This document shows, piece after piece, positions 39,064 to 49,603 of a stretch of DNA of 64,000 nucleotides. The DNA lies in contig CAZFKP010000009.1 in NCBI GenBank assembly GCA_964518725.1, positions 11,435 through 75,434 of the forward strand. The letters are read 5' to 3'. The notes beneath the pieces were generated by a model, which ran no database searches, had not been told where the DNA came from, and worked only from the letters and a program-made list of their open reading frames with translations. The stretch comes from an uncultured Rickettsiales bacterium. Its GTDB lineage: Bacteria > Pseudomonadota > Alphaproteobacteria > Rickettsiales > SXRF01. The stretch's first letter is position 1. Each line of letters opens with the position of its first letter. A program made the translations under genes and the position numbers.

Positions 39064-40956
39064 TCAGGCACTATGTTTCAGGGGTTGGAATTCGGGCACG
39101 AGCTGCTTCAGCAGACGCAGCACATGCCCGCGATTACGCTCGCGGCACGCGCTGTGCAGTGTTTCCAGCATCAGGTTGAGCTGGCTATAATCGCTTCCGC
39201 GGGAACTGGCAAGGAATATGCTGGCATTCTGGGTTTTTTCCAGGGTTTCTCCGGCATGGAACAGCTCCTCGTGCAGCTTTTCGCCGGGGCGGAGGCCGGT
39301 GATGGTGATGGCAATATCTTCATACGGCTTGAGTCCAGCCAGACGAATCATCTGCATGGCGATATCAAGAATCCTGACGGGTTTTCCCATATCGAGCACA
39401 AAAATAGGCGCCCGCACATTGTGCATGCCGGCGCCTATCGCGGCCGCCTGCAGCACCAGCTCCACCGCTTCGCGGATCGTCATGAAATAGCGCGTCATTT
39501 CCACATGGGTAACCGTGAGAGGCCCGCCGCGGGCGATCTGTTCCTGGAAAAGCGGCACGACCGACCCGGTGGAACCGAGCACATTGCCAAAGCGCACCGT
39601 AATAATTTTAGTAGTACCCGCGGACGGGCTGGCAGGAGCCTGGCACACCATTTCAGCAAGTTTTTTGCTGGCGCCCATGATGCTCGCCGGATTCACCGCC
39701 TTGTCGGTGGAAATAAGCACCATCGTGCCGACCGTGTGTGCGACACAGGCCTCGGCTACCAGCTTGCTGCCGATGACGTTGGTCAGGATAGCCTCCTCTG
39801 GATTATCTTCTGCCATCGGCACATGCTTGATGGCGGCGGCGTGGAAGACGATGTCCGGCGTGTGAAGCGAGAACATCTGCGCCAACAAGCGTGCATCGCG
39901 CACATCGCCAAGAACAGCAGCTACCGGCGGTGCATCGCGCATCGCGATAACCTCTCGGTGAATTTCATAAAGATGGTGTTCGGAACTATCCAGCAAGATG
40001 AGTTGCGCTGGATCATAACCGGCCAGTTGCCGCGATAGTTCGCTGCCAATACTGCCACCGGCACCCGTCACCAGCACGCGCTTGCCCGCCACCAGCGCCC
40101 GCATCGCAACCCGATCAAGCACCGTTTGTGGACGCCCCAGCAGATCTTCGAGCGCGATAGGCTGCACTTCTAATTTCTCGTCAAAATGCTGCTTGAAATC
40201 ACTGAGCCGCGGAATGCGTGCGAGCGGAATCGCCACGCGGTCGGCAGCCACCACCAGCTGCTGCACCTCTTCGCCTGAAAGCCGCGGATCGGCGATCAGC
40301 AACTTGTGAGGACGCTCGCCGTTGCGTTCCAGCTTTGACAGCACCGCATCCAGCATGGAAACACTGCCATAAATACGCGTGCGCTCCAGCAAGCGGCCAT
40401 GCCGTGACGGCTGGTTATCCAGGATACCCACCACGCGGTAGGCCGTGCGCGCACCGCGCGACATGTCCTGAATGAATTGTTCGGCAAGGCTAGTGGCACC
40501 AATCAACAATACCGGGATTTTGGCTTTTTCTTCCAGCGTCATTTCCCAAAATACCGTGCGATCCTTAAGTGCGCGGTAAGCAAAACGCGGCGCGGCCAAC
40601 AACCAAATCAGCACCAGCCAGTTAATAAACAATACCGAGCGGGGCAAATGCTCCAGCCGGTTGAACAGGAACATGCACGCCGCGAAAATCAGGATCGCAA
40701 GCGAGACGGATTTGACAATCGTCACCATGTCGCGCATCGAAGCAAAACGCCACAGGCCGCGATAAAGGTGCATCGAGGCAAACACCGCCAAACAAATGGC
40801 GGCGAACAGCAGCGTACCCGGGACTAAATAATCCACAGATAAATAAAGTTGGTCATCCCCAAGGCGCAAATAGACAGAAAACAAAAAACTCAGTGCCGCC
40901 ATCGCTACGTCATGCAAGGCGGCGATCAGGCTGCGCGGATTAATCCGGCGAATCAT
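39064..40956 (-). CDS. membrane-anchored NDP-sugar 4,6-dehydratase/epimerase (CapD/WbpM/PglF family)
   Basis: Four N-terminal TM helices and two Rossmann regions (VLVTGAGGSIGSEL), with the MGASKKLAE catalytic segment. Confidence 0.85.
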   Translation of the reverse strand: MIRRINPRSLIAALHDVAMAALSFLFSVYLRLGDDQLYLSVDYLVPGTLLFAAICLAVFASMHLYRGLWRFASMRDMVTIVKSVSLAILIFAACMFLFNRLEHLPRSVLFINWLVLIWLLAAPRFAYRALKDRTVFWEMTLEEKAKIPVLLIGATSLAEQFIQDMSRGARTAYRVVGILDNQPSRHGRLLERTRIYGSVSMLDAVLSKLERNGERPHKLLIADPRLSGEEVQQLVVAADRVAIPLARIPRLSDFKQHFDEKLEVQPIALEDLLGRPQTVLDRVAMRALVAGKRVLVTGAGGSIGSELSRQLAGYDPAQLILLDSSEHHLYEIHREVIAMRDAPPVAAVLGDVRDARLLAQMFSLHTPDIVFHAAAIKHVPMAEDNPEEAILTNVIGSKLVAEACVAHTVGTMVLISTDKAVNPASIMGASKKLAEMVCQAPASPSAGTTKIITVRFGNVLGSTGSVVPLFQEQIARGGPLTVTHVEMTRYFMTIREAVELVLQAAAIGAGMHNVRAPIFVLDMGKPVRILDIAMQMIRLAGLKPYEDIAITITGLRPGEKLHEELFHAGETLEKTQNASIFLASSRGSDYSQLNLMLETLHSACRERNRGHVLRLLKQLVPEFQPLKHSA

Positions 40957-41945
40957 GGCGGGCTTCCCGCCGGATCACGCTGGCCATCGCCGAAGAATCC
41001 CATCAGCATGAACACCGCCATGTAGGCAAGCGCAACGTAAAGCCACTGCCATTCCGGATTCAGGATGCTGTAAATGGCAAGGAACCCGAGCAGGACATTG
41101 ACGCCCGCGATATAGCGCACCACCACCTGATGCTTCCAGCCCTTACGGACGGCCTGCTGGTAATAATGGGTGGAATGGGCAACCCAGAGCTTCTGGCCAC
41201 CCCATGCACGCTTGATCAAGGTAACGGTCGCATCGGCCACATAATAGCCGGGCAGGATGAGGGCGGCGGCGACATATCCGGCATGGGCGGTAAGCAACAA
41301 CACATACCCAATCAAGAAGCCGATCGGGATGCTCCCGACATCACCCAGAAAAATCTTTGCCGGGTGGCGGTTCCACCACCAGAACCCGCAGCCTGCCGCG
41401 GCGATCACCATAGCATACTGCGACAGAGGATTCGGGAATTCCTCCGCAAACACCATGAGCAACGCGATGCCAAGGCCGATCGAAATCATCTCGGCGGCAG
41501 AAATTTCATCAATGCCATCCATGAAATTAAACAGGTTGATGCACCATATCCACATGATGCCGATCAGGATTTTTTCTGAAAGCGACGGCAAGTGCTCCCC
41601 GGCAAGATCAATCGGCAATGCACTGAGCGGAATGGATACCGCCATCACTTGCACCAGCAGTCGCACCGGCGCGGGCACACCGATTAAGTCATCCATCAAC
41701 GATACGGCGGCCAGCATCAACAGCGACAACACGATCGCCAGCTCAACATTGGCAACCAGCATGGGGATAATCAGCGCGAACAACACTGCAAGGCCGCCAC
41801 CTTTTGGTACCGGTGCCGCATGGTTGCTACGCAGGTTCGGCACATCAAGCATGAGCTGGCGCCCACGGAATGCGACTACCAGCAACCGCGTGCCAATGAG
41901 CGCAATCAGGAAAGCCGACAAGGCAATGAAAAGAGAAAGGATCAT
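40953..41945 (-). CDS. glycosyltransferase family 4 polyprenyl-phosphate HexNAc-1-phosphate transferase (WecA/WbpL-like)
   Basis: About 10 TM helices, with the NFMDGIDE and FLGDVGS motifs of the MraY/WecA superfamily. Confidence 0.82.
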   Translation of the reverse strand: MILSLFIALSAFLIALIGTRLLVVAFRGRQLMLDVPNLRSNHAAPVPKGGGLAVLFALIIPMLVANVELAIVLSLLMLAAVSLMDDLIGVPAPVRLLVQVMAVSIPLSALPIDLAGEHLPSLSEKILIGIMWIWCINLFNFMDGIDEISAAEMISIGLGIALLMVFAEEFPNPLSQYAMVIAAAGCGFWWWNRHPAKIFLGDVGSIPIGFLIGYVLLLTAHAGYVAAALILPGYYVADATVTLIKRAWGGQKLWVAHSTHYYQQAVRKGWKHQVVVRYIAGVNVLLGFLAIYSILNPEWQWLYVALAYMAVFMLMGFFGDGQRDPAGSPP

Positions 41946-43723
41946 CCGCGACGTCCAAAGAGAGTTTCGATATCCTTGCGTTTTAGCTCAATATAGGTCG
42001 GACGTCCATGGTTGCATTGGCCGGAAGACGGGGTTTGCTCCATTTCGCGCAGCAGCGCATTCATTTCGGCCACGGAAAGCGCCCGGCCAGCGCGGATGGA
42101 ACCGTGGCAGGCCATGGTGCCGCACACGTGCTGGAGTTGCCCAGCCAGGGTCATTGCCTCGTCATATTCCTTTACATCGTCAGCCAGCGCGGCCAATAAC
42201 GCCGCAACGTCGACCTCACCGAGCAAGGCCGGGGTTTCGCGCACAACAACGCTGTTGCCCCCGAACGGCTCGATCACCAGGCCAAGAGCCGCAAACTCCG
42301 CAGCACGGGCAAGCAGCGCCTCGGCCGATACCGCGTCCAGCTCCACCACTTCGGGAATCAGCAAGGCCTGGCGGGCAATCCCCCGCTCGGCAAGCGCCTG
42401 TTTCATGCGCTCATACACCAGCCGCTCATGGGCGGCATGCTGGTCGACAATCACCAGCGCATCGGGTTTTTCAGCCACAATGTAGGTTTTATGCAGCTGG
42501 GTGCGGGCGGCGCCGAGCGGGAATGACAGCGGGTCATTCGCAGGAGCGGGCGGTGTTTCCATCGGACGCGCCTGCGGGGGAAGCGCATAGGCGTAGGATA
42601 CGTTGTGGCGCTCATAGACGGCCTTACCACCGGAAGGCGGCGCAAAAAGCGGCGCGCTGAAATGGGGTTCGGGTGCGGAGAAACGCTCAAGCGCCTGCGA
42701 TGCTACATTGTTCGATGCGCGGAAACCAGCCTCATCAATCGCATTCCTGATCGCACCGATAATCAAGCCGCGCACACCCTGTGCATCACGGAAACGCACT
42801 TCGGCCTTGGCCGGATGCACATTCACATCCACCGCATCCGCCGGCACATCAACAAACAGCACCACCACCGCATAACGGTCATGCGCCAGCACATCCTGAT
42901 ATGCCCCCCGCACCACGCCGAGCAGTAATTTATCCCGCACCTGCCTGCCATTGACGAACAGGTACTGCATGGTTGAATTGCCAACATTGTGTGTTGGCAG
43001 CGACGCAAAACCGGTGAGTGACAAGTTCTCGCGCTGGTGCAAAAGCGGCAAGGCATTTTCAGCAAATTCCCGCCCCATCACGTCGCGGATACGCGCCTGG
43101 GATGCGGCCAGCCCGCTCGCGGGTTGCGCGGCGACCTGCAACAGGGTCTTGCTATCGGAGACAAGGGTGAACGCCACCTGCGGATGCACCATGGCAAATT
43201 TACGCATGACCTCAGCCACGGCCTGGGTTTCGGTGCGATCGCTTTTCAGAAAATTGAGGCGGGCCGGAGTAGTATAAAACAAATCGCGCACCTCGATGCG
43301 CGTACCAGGCGGCATGGTAGTCGGCACCGGCTCCGCGCTTTTTCCGCCTTCCATATCAAGGCGCCAGCCATGCGTATCATCACGCTGCCGGGTGGCAATG
43401 CCCATGCGGCTCACCGATGCAATCGATGGAAGTGCCTCCCCACGAAAACCAAAAAATTGAATGTTGAGGAGATCGTCACCGGGAAGCTTGGAAGTTGCAT
43501 GGCGCTGGACGGCAAGCATTAATTCCTCGCGGCGCATACCCTTACCGTTATCCTGAATCAGGATCAGGTTCTTTCCGGCCTGTTCAATGGCCACATCCAC
43601 CGATGTCGCCCCGGCGTCGATCGCATTCTCCACCAGCTCTTTTACCACCGACGCCGGGCGCTCCACCACTTCGCCAGCAGCGATGCGGTTGACCAGACTT
43701 TCCGGTAGGACACGGATGGTCAT
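41942..43723 (-). CDS. mutL: DNA mismatch repair protein MutL
   Basis: IRVLPESLVNRIAAGEVVERPASVVKELVENAIDAG (GHKL ATPase) and C-terminal CNHGRPT. Confidence 0.95.
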   Translation of the reverse strand: MTIRVLPESLVNRIAAGEVVERPASVVKELVENAIDAGATSVDVAIEQAGKNLILIQDNGKGMRREELMLAVQRHATSKLPGDDLLNIQFFGFRGEALPSIASVSRMGIATRQRDDTHGWRLDMEGGKSAEPVPTTMPPGTRIEVRDLFYTTPARLNFLKSDRTETQAVAEVMRKFAMVHPQVAFTLVSDSKTLLQVAAQPASGLAASQARIRDVMGREFAENALPLLHQRENLSLTGFASLPTHNVGNSTMQYLFVNGRQVRDKLLLGVVRGAYQDVLAHDRYAVVVLFVDVPADAVDVNVHPAKAEVRFRDAQGVRGLIIGAIRNAIDEAGFRASNNVASQALERFSAPEPHFSAPLFAPPSGGKAVYERHNVSYAYALPPQARPMETPPAPANDPLSFPLGAARTQLHKTYIVAEKPDALVIVDQHAAHERLVYERMKQALAERGIARQALLIPEVVELDAVSAEALLARAAEFAALGLVIEPFGGNSVVVRETPALLGEVDVAALLAALADDVKEYDEAMTLAGQLQHVCGTMACHGSIRAGRALSVAEMNALLREMEQTPSSGQCNHGRPTYIELKRKDIETLFGRRG

Positions 43724-44967
43724 GGCCGCGTTCCAAGCAAATAATCGCGAGCAAGGCGCTTGCCTTCTTCGACGGCGGGCTGGTCAAACGCATTAACGCC
43801 AAGCAGCCTGGCCATGAAAAAAATCTCAAGCATGAAGTGGGCGATCAAGGCACCAAGCGACGTTTCATCCAATTCCCCAATATGCATGACGCGCACCGGG
43901 CAGCCGTGGGCAACCAGAGTTTCAAGTGTCGCCTGCTGCTCGGCCGCCATGATGTCGCCGGTGGTTTTACCGCGCAAATATTCGAGCCCCGGCAAGTCGG
44001 GGGCGTGGATGCCCTGCCCGGTTCCGGCACGATCATGCATGATCATCGTGAAAAACTTATCTTTCGGCCCATCAAGGTAAAGCTGCAGCTGGCTGTGCTG
44101 GTCGGTGGTCCCGACCGCAGAAATCGGCGTTGTACCCTTGCCGTGCTTGCCAAGGCTTTCCGCCCAGCTTTGCCGGTACCATGCGGAAAATCCGGCCAAC
44201 CGTTCGCAGTAGGGTAACATCACCGACATGTTATGGCCGCGCATCATCGCATCATATTGCAGCGCTGCGCCAAGACGCGCCGGGTGCAAGCCACTGCCAA
44301 GCGCCTTCATTACACCGTCGGCGCCACGGCGCAGCGCCACAACATCAATTCCTATCAGGGCGGCGGGAAGAAGCCCGACCGAGGTAAATAACGAAAACCG
44401 CCCGCCGATATCGGCGGGATGCTCAAGGGTGGCAATCCCGTGCTCACGCGCCGTGGTACGCATCGCGCTATCACCGGCCGTCGTGATTAAAGTGAAATGT
44501 TCACGCACGTGTTCGCCGAGCACGGCAGAGAAATGTGCGAACAAGGCGTAAAACTGGCCAAGCGTCTCCGCAGTGCTGCCGGACTTGCTGATGGCAATAA
44601 CAGCCGTAGATGCAGGCGGACACCGCTCAATGAGCGCAGCGATGGCGCTGGGATCAATATTATCGAGCGTGTAGACCATCGGTGCATCGGCATAAAGCCT
44701 GAGCCCGGCAAGCACGCGCCCGCTGAGACCCGATCCGCCCGCACCGCAGACAATAATATGAGCGAACCGACTACGCAGCGATGCTGCCACCCGCTCAATT
44801 TCCGGCACGTCGTCCTGCCGCGAACATAATTCGATAATCGGTGCAGCCAGCACATCCCGCCCCACGGCAATATCCATTTCATAATCAGCCAGCGATGCAA
44901 CCAGTGCATCAACCGACGCCTGGTTTTGTGGTGAAAGGCAGTGAGTGACAAGGTGGGTGTAGATCAT
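43720..44967 (-). CDS. pgi: glucose-6-phosphate isomerase (short type)
   Basis: SIS domains: GAGGSGLSGRV, ISKSGSTAETL and TTDQHSQLQLYLDG. Confidence 0.8.
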   Translation of the reverse strand: MIYTHLVTHCLSPQNQASVDALVASLADYEMDIAVGRDVLAAPIIELCSRQDDVPEIERVAASLRSRFAHIIVCGAGGSGLSGRVLAGLRLYADAPMVYTLDNIDPSAIAALIERCPPASTAVIAISKSGSTAETLGQFYALFAHFSAVLGEHVREHFTLITTAGDSAMRTTAREHGIATLEHPADIGGRFSLFTSVGLLPAALIGIDVVALRRGADGVMKALGSGLHPARLGAALQYDAMMRGHNMSVMLPYCERLAGFSAWYRQSWAESLGKHGKGTTPISAVGTTDQHSQLQLYLDGPKDKFFTMIMHDRAGTGQGIHAPDLPGLEYLRGKTTGDIMAAEQQATLETLVAHGCPVRVMHIGELDETSLGALIAHFMLEIFFMARLLGVNAFDQPAVEEGKRLARDYLLGTRP

Positions 44968-46265
44968 GGCATCTCCGGTTTTCCGACAATCACCAACCGC
45001 AATTTTTCCGGCATGATGAGGCGTTGGTTCACTCGCTTCACATCGGCAAGCGTGACCTTCTCGATCAACGCGTTGCGGGTATTGATGTAATCGCTGCCAA
45101 GCTTATGTTGCTGCATCATGGTGATGAAATCGGCGACTTCCGCATTGCTCGAAAGATCAAGAATAAACGAGCCGGTAAGGTAGGCTTTCGCATCCGCCAG
45201 CTCGCTTTCGGTGGCGCCGTCACGCGCATAGGCAGCCAGCACATCGCGCAAGGTGGCGATTGCCTGCTTGACCTGGTCGTTGCGGGTAGCAAACGCTCCT
45301 TGCCATACCCCGGCATAGGTTTTTGGCAAAAGCTGGCTATGCACCGAATAGGCGAGGCCGCGCTTGACACGAATCTCCTCTGCCAGGCGCGAGGAAAGCC
45401 CACCACCGCCTAGCATGTAGTTCGCGACATAGGCGGGAATATAATCCGGGTCATTGCGCTTGAGTCCCGGCAATCCGAATCGCACCATCGATTGCGGCAT
45501 GTCATGTGCAATGGTTTTAAGACCTCCGTCCTCCGGCAGCGCTGCTTCCGTCACCACCGTATCGGGTGCATAGCGCTCCGGAAGCGCTCCGAGCGTGTCA
45601 TCGATTATTTTCGTGATTTCATCGGCGGTCGTATCGCCGACCACCGAAATGATGATATTCTCGCGGGTCAGGTAATGAGTCGTGAAGAAACGCAAATCCT
45701 CGGAGGTCAGCGCGTCGATACTCGCGTCGTTGCCCACGCCCATACGGTGATACGGATGTGCTCCGAACATATCTTCCTGGAAATTTTTAGATAATACGTA
45801 GGTCGGTGAGCCGCTTTGCTCCAGTAGCAGTGCCTTCATTTTTGCACGCATGCGCGCCATCGGCTCGGCATCGAAACGCGGACGCAGCAGCATATCGGAC
45901 AATAGCGAGAACCCGACGGCCTGGTGTTCGGAAAGCACCTCAAGGGTTGCCTGCACCGTGTCGTCGTCCGCACCGACATTCAGACGGATCGCATCATCCT
46001 CCAGCGCCTCGTTGAACTGTTGCGAGTTACGATCACCCGCCCCCTCCAGCAACAAGGCAGCTGCCATATTCGTGCGCCCTTCCTTACCAGCCGGATCGTA
46101 AGCAATGCCGCTGCCGGTGAAGCTCACGTTGGTGGTGATGATCGGCAGCGAATGCTCTTCCACCAGCCAGATGGTGAAGCCTCTCGGCGTGGTGATTTCC
46201 TGCACCTTGGCGGCATGCGCCGCGCCGGGAATCACCAGAAGCAACATCAGGAGAAGACGCTTCAT
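44964..46265 (-). CDS. M16 family peptidase, non-catalytic-type subunit
   Basis: Signal peptide and M16 fold, but no HxxEH motif. Overlaps the upstream M16 gene by 4 nt. Confidence 0.8.
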   Translation of the reverse strand: MKRLLLMLLLVIPGAAHAAKVQEITTPRGFTIWLVEEHSLPIITTNVSFTGSGIAYDPAGKEGRTNMAAALLLEGAGDRNSQQFNEALEDDAIRLNVGADDDTVQATLEVLSEHQAVGFSLLSDMLLRPRFDAEPMARMRAKMKALLLEQSGSPTYVLSKNFQEDMFGAHPYHRMGVGNDASIDALTSEDLRFFTTHYLTRENIIISVVGDTTADEITKIIDDTLGALPERYAPDTVVTEAALPEDGGLKTIAHDMPQSMVRFGLPGLKRNDPDYIPAYVANYMLGGGGLSSRLAEEIRVKRGLAYSVHSQLLPKTYAGVWQGAFATRNDQVKQAIATLRDVLAAYARDGATESELADAKAYLTGSFILDLSSNAEVADFITMMQQHKLGSDYINTRNALIEKVTLADVKRVNQRLIMPEKLRLVIVGKPEMP

Positions 46266-47596
46266 GGTGTGGCCTGCTTTGGCAGTAAGTAGCCGGTCAC
46301 GGATGCTTCCGGCACCAATACCGCCTGCGCTGCCTCATGGATTTGTGCAGCGGTCACGGCTTTAGCGCGATCATCCCAGCGATTGAATTCTTCAGGCGAC
46401 ACTCCGGCCATCACCATCCACCCCATAATGTTGGAAGTCCCGGTCAGCCCTTCACGCGCATAGACTGACTCCGCCTGCATCAGGCGTTTGGCACGGGCGA
46501 GCGCGGCGGCATCCGCACCTTCTTTTTCAAAGCCGGCAAGCGCGTCATCGAGCGCCTTTTCGATCACCGGAAGCGGCACATCTTTTTCCGGCGTGATTTC
46601 AATGTCAAAGCTCGCAGGCCCGACGGCATAAAACCCATAGGATACATCGACCGAAGCAGCGAGCTTCTGTTTCACCACCAATGACTGGTAAAGCGCGCTG
46701 GTTTTGCCACCACCAAGCAGATGCGACAGAACATAGGCCGGCATGGCGCGCTCCATGCCATCACTGGCACTCGGCGCAATGTAGCGACGCGAAAGCATCG
46801 GCTGTTTCACTTGCGTGTGGGCAAGTGAAACATGGCGCGCTGCACGCTGCGGCGGCTCGGCAAGCCAATGGCGTGGCGGTACAGGTTTTCCAGGCAAGCT
46901 GCCGTAATACTTCTCGGCCAGTGGCTTTAATTCCGCTGCGGTGATATCGCCGCTTACAATCAAGACCGCGTTGCCCGGTTGGTAATATTGCGCGTGGAAA
47001 GCCCGCGCATCGGCAAGCGTCAGGCCGCTCATCTCATGTTCCCAGCCAATCACCGGATTGTGGTACGGATGGTTACGGAACAATGCCGCCTGCATCTGCT
47101 CATCAAGCAACGATTCCGGCAGGTTATCGATGCGCTGGCGGCGCTCTTCGAGAATGACCTCACGCTCTTTCAGCGCCTCTGCGTTAGAAACCGTCAGGCC
47201 GCGCATACGGTCGGCCTCCAGCTCCATGGCGAGCGGCAAGCGGTCTTTGGCAATGGTCACATAATAGGATGTCGCATCGCGCCCGGTGAACGCATTATGG
47301 TCGCCGCCGTTTTTACTCACCAGCCGCACATATTCACCGGCGGCGTGGCGCGGGCTGCCTTTGAACATCAAGTGCTCCATGTAATGCGCGAGCCCGGATT
47401 TTCCGCGAGGATCGTCCGCCGCACCGATACGGTACCACAGCATATGGTTCACCGCCGGCACACGGTGATTCGGCAACACAATCACCTGCATGCCATTTTT
47501 TAAGGTAAAGCTTTCAATCGGCTGTGTCGACGTGGACGCCGCTTGCACTGGCGATGCAAACGCCATCCCTGCCAGCAACCATGCCGCCAGGCGCAA
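46262..47596 (-). CDS. M16 family zinc peptidase (pitrilysin-like), catalytic-type subunit
   Basis: Signal peptide, with the inverted zinc motif HxxEH in GLAHYMEHLMFKG. Confidence 0.85.
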   Translation of the reverse strand: MRLAAWLLAGMAFASPVQAASTSTQPIESFTLKNGMQVIVLPNHRVPAVNHMLWYRIGAADDPRGKSGLAHYMEHLMFKGSPRHAAGEYVRLVSKNGGDHNAFTGRDATSYYVTIAKDRLPLAMELEADRMRGLTVSNAEALKEREVILEERRQRIDNLPESLLDEQMQAALFRNHPYHNPVIGWEHEMSGLTLADARAFHAQYYQPGNAVLIVSGDITAAELKPLAEKYYGSLPGKPVPPRHWLAEPPQRAARHVSLAHTQVKQPMLSRRYIAPSASDGMERAMPAYVLSHLLGGGKTSALYQSLVVKQKLAASVDVSYGFYAVGPASFDIEITPEKDVPLPVIEKALDDALAGFEKEGADAAALARAKRLMQAESVYAREGLTGTSNIMGWMVMAGVSPEEFNRWDDRAKAVTAAQIHEAAQAVLVPEASVTGYLLPKQATP

Positions 47597-47597
47597 G

Positions 47598-48206
47598 CTA
47601 CTCGTCCCCTATCCAGCGCTTCAGCACACTCACTGGCCCACCGCCAGTTTCCGGTGTCTCGCCTTCGGTGACCGGCTTGCCTTCTTCCTGGTTTTTCTGG
47701 ATGCGCGCCGCTTCATCCTTGGCCTTCACTACCGGTTCCTTATTGCCCGGCAGGGTCGTGACTTTATCCCACCACCCCTCTTCTTCGCGGGTGATTTGCT
47801 CGTTGATCTTGGTCTCGGTCAGGGTTTTTTTGACGTTCGGGTCAGCATTCGCGGTACCGGCCTTTTGCAGGAACACATTTTCTGCGGCACTGCTACCAAC
47901 AGGCTTGGCCACCGGCGTGGAACTCACCGGCGTCACGCGGGTATCCACCGGCACAGAACCCGACTCGCCGCCCAGCACCAACGATGCCGCTTTATCGCGC
48001 GATGTCGGCATGCCACCACTATCAATGCTCGGCGGGCGCAAATCAAATTGCGGCGGCACCGCAAGCGGTGGTCGGGAAACAACACGGAACTCATCCGGTG
48101 CTCGGCGGTCAATGCCGAGTGTCTGTTTGACGGACGTATCGCCGCACGCCGCAAGCAGCAATGCTGCACACCCGGCAAGGCTCAAAGAAGATAGCTTCAT
48201 GGTCAT
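47598..48206 (-). CDS. lipoprotein (DUF3035-like)
   Basis: Lipobox LLLAAC and a Pro-rich, largely unstructured sequence. Lies immediately downstream of lspA, where I recall alphaproteobacterial DUF3035 lipoproteins lying; the family name comes from memory only. Confidence 0.5.
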   Translation of the reverse strand: MTMKLSSLSLAGCAALLLAACGDTSVKQTLGIDRRAPDEFRVVSRPPLAVPPQFDLRPPSIDSGGMPTSRDKAASLVLGGESGSVPVDTRVTPVSSTPVAKPVGSSAAENVFLQKAGTANADPNVKKTLTETKINEQITREEEGWWDKVTTLPGNKEPVVKAKDEAARIQKNQEEGKPVTEGETPETGGGPVSVLKRWIGDE

Positions 48207-48209
48207 ATC

Positions 48210-48692
48210 CTACGCTTTATTTCCGGGGCGAATCATACTCTCTATGCATAAAACTACAACCCCTATGAAAATACTGCTATCGGCAATGTTAAAGGCCGGC
48301 CAGTGAACCCCAAAGGCGTGGAAATCAAGGAAATCGGCAACGGCACCGAATTGCAGCCGATCGATGATGTTGCCGACGGCGCCGCCAACGACCAACCCGA
48401 TACCAAGCATGGTGAGACGATCCGTCGCTTTCGCAAGCCATACCAGTAGAATTGCAACAATCATTGAAGCCAGCGCAATCAAGACTTCCGGCATACGCTG
48501 GGCTGAAAACATGCCAAAACTAATACCATGATTCCACACCATGACCAAATTGAAAAAACTGGTTACCTCAATCGGCGGCCGGTGCGGGAGCGCCATTTTG
48601 TAAAGCACGAACCATTTGCTGTACTGGTCGATCAGCACCGTGGCACATGCGATCAGCAACGCCCCGGCCACAATTTTCTTATTGGCGATCAC
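48210..48692 (-). CDS. lspA: lipoprotein signal peptidase (signal peptidase II)
   Basis: 160 aa and 4 TM helices, with the motifs NHGISFG and FNIAD. Confidence 0.92.
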   Translation of the reverse strand: MIANKKIVAGALLIACATVLIDQYSKWFVLYKMALPHRPPIEVTSFFNLVMVWNHGISFGMFSAQRMPEVLIALASMIVAILLVWLAKATDRLTMLGIGLVVGGAVGNIIDRLQFGAVADFLDFHAFGVHWPAFNIADSSIFIGVVVLCIESMIRPGNKA

Positions 48693-49603
48693 GATTGCGC
48701 CTCCTGAATGTCATGTATGATTTGCGTTTTCAGCGCATCCAGTGAAGCGAATTTCTGTTCGTCACGCAAGAAACGCCGCAGCGTCACCTGCAAATAGTCG
48801 CCATAGAGGTTACCCGCTTCGCCAAACAGATGCGCCTCAAGGCGCGGACTGGTGCCGCCGACTGTCGGGCGCAGCCCGATGTTGGCCACGCCGCGCCGCT
48901 CGCCCAATCGGGCGCTGCGCGCCGTTACCGCATACACCCCGGCGCGCGGCAGGAACATGCCAGCAAGCGAAATATTGGCCGTGGGGAATCCCAGTTCGCG
49001 GCCGCGCTTGTCACCATGGGTTATATGGCCGCTGATACGAAAAGGATGACCAAACAACGCTTCTGCTCGCACCAGGTCACCTTCCGCGAGCGACTCACGA
49101 ATGGCAGAGGATGAGATCACTCCGCCCGCATGCACCAGCGGTGCGATGGCATGGTAGCTGAACCCCTGCGCCGTGGCGACATCGGCAAGAAGGGCGCTGG
49201 TGCCGCCGCGTTTATGGCCGAAACAAAAATTATCCCCGGTCACCACATGACGAACGCCGAGTTTTTCTACCAGCAGGGCACTGACAAAGTCTCCGGCACT
49301 GGTGGCGGCAAGTGCCGCGTTGAAATGCGGCATGAACACGGCAGAAAACCCCATTTCACGCAACACGCTGAGTTTCTCACGCAGGCGCATTAGGCGAAGG
49401 CTGGGTGCATCAGGTTTAAAAAATTCACGGGGGTGTGGCTCGAAGGTGAGCACGGCAGAGGTACCCCCCTGCGTGCGTGCATGTGCCAGCGTTTCATCCA
49501 GGATCGCACGGTGGCCGCGATGCAACCCATCGAAATTCCCGATGGCCAGAGATGCGCCCCGGATGCTTTCAGGCAGCGCGGAAAGATCGCGGAAAAGCTT
49601 CAT
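48689..49603 (-). CDS. ribF: bifunctional riboflavin kinase / FAD synthetase
   Basis: GNFDGLHRGH, an FAD synthetase domain and a riboflavin kinase domain (GFPTANI, LEAHL). Confidence 0.93.
   Translation of the reverse strand: MKLFRDLSALPESIRGASLAIGNFDGLHRGHRAILDETLAHARTQGGTSAVLTFEPHPREFFKPDAPSLRLMRLREKLSVLREMGFSAVFMPHFNAALAATSAGDFVSALLVEKLGVRHVVTGDNFCFGHKRGGTSALLADVATAQGFSYHAIAPLVHAGGVISSSAIRESLAEGDLVRAEALFGHPFRISGHITHGDKRGRELGFPTANISLAGMFLPRAGVYAVTARSARLGERRGVANIGLRPTVGGTSPRLEAHLFGEAGNLYGDYLQVTLRRFLRDEQKFASLDALKTQIIHDIQEAQS

Noticed and set aside
39073-40038. 321-aa plus-strand ORF
   Set aside because: Antisense to the CapD/WbpM-like gene, whose motifs are clear. It has no motifs of its own and the His/Arg/Gly-rich composition of a shadow frame.
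41257-42660. 467-aa plus-strand ORF
   Set aside because: It lies antisense to the well-supported GT4 and mutL genes. The translation is Arg/Pro/Ala-rich low-complexity sequence typical of shadow ORFs in GC-rich DNA.
47490-48306. 234-aa and 260-aa plus-strand ORFs
   Set aside because: Antisense to the M16 peptidase, lipoprotein and lspA genes. Low-complexity Arg/Ser/Pro-rich translations.
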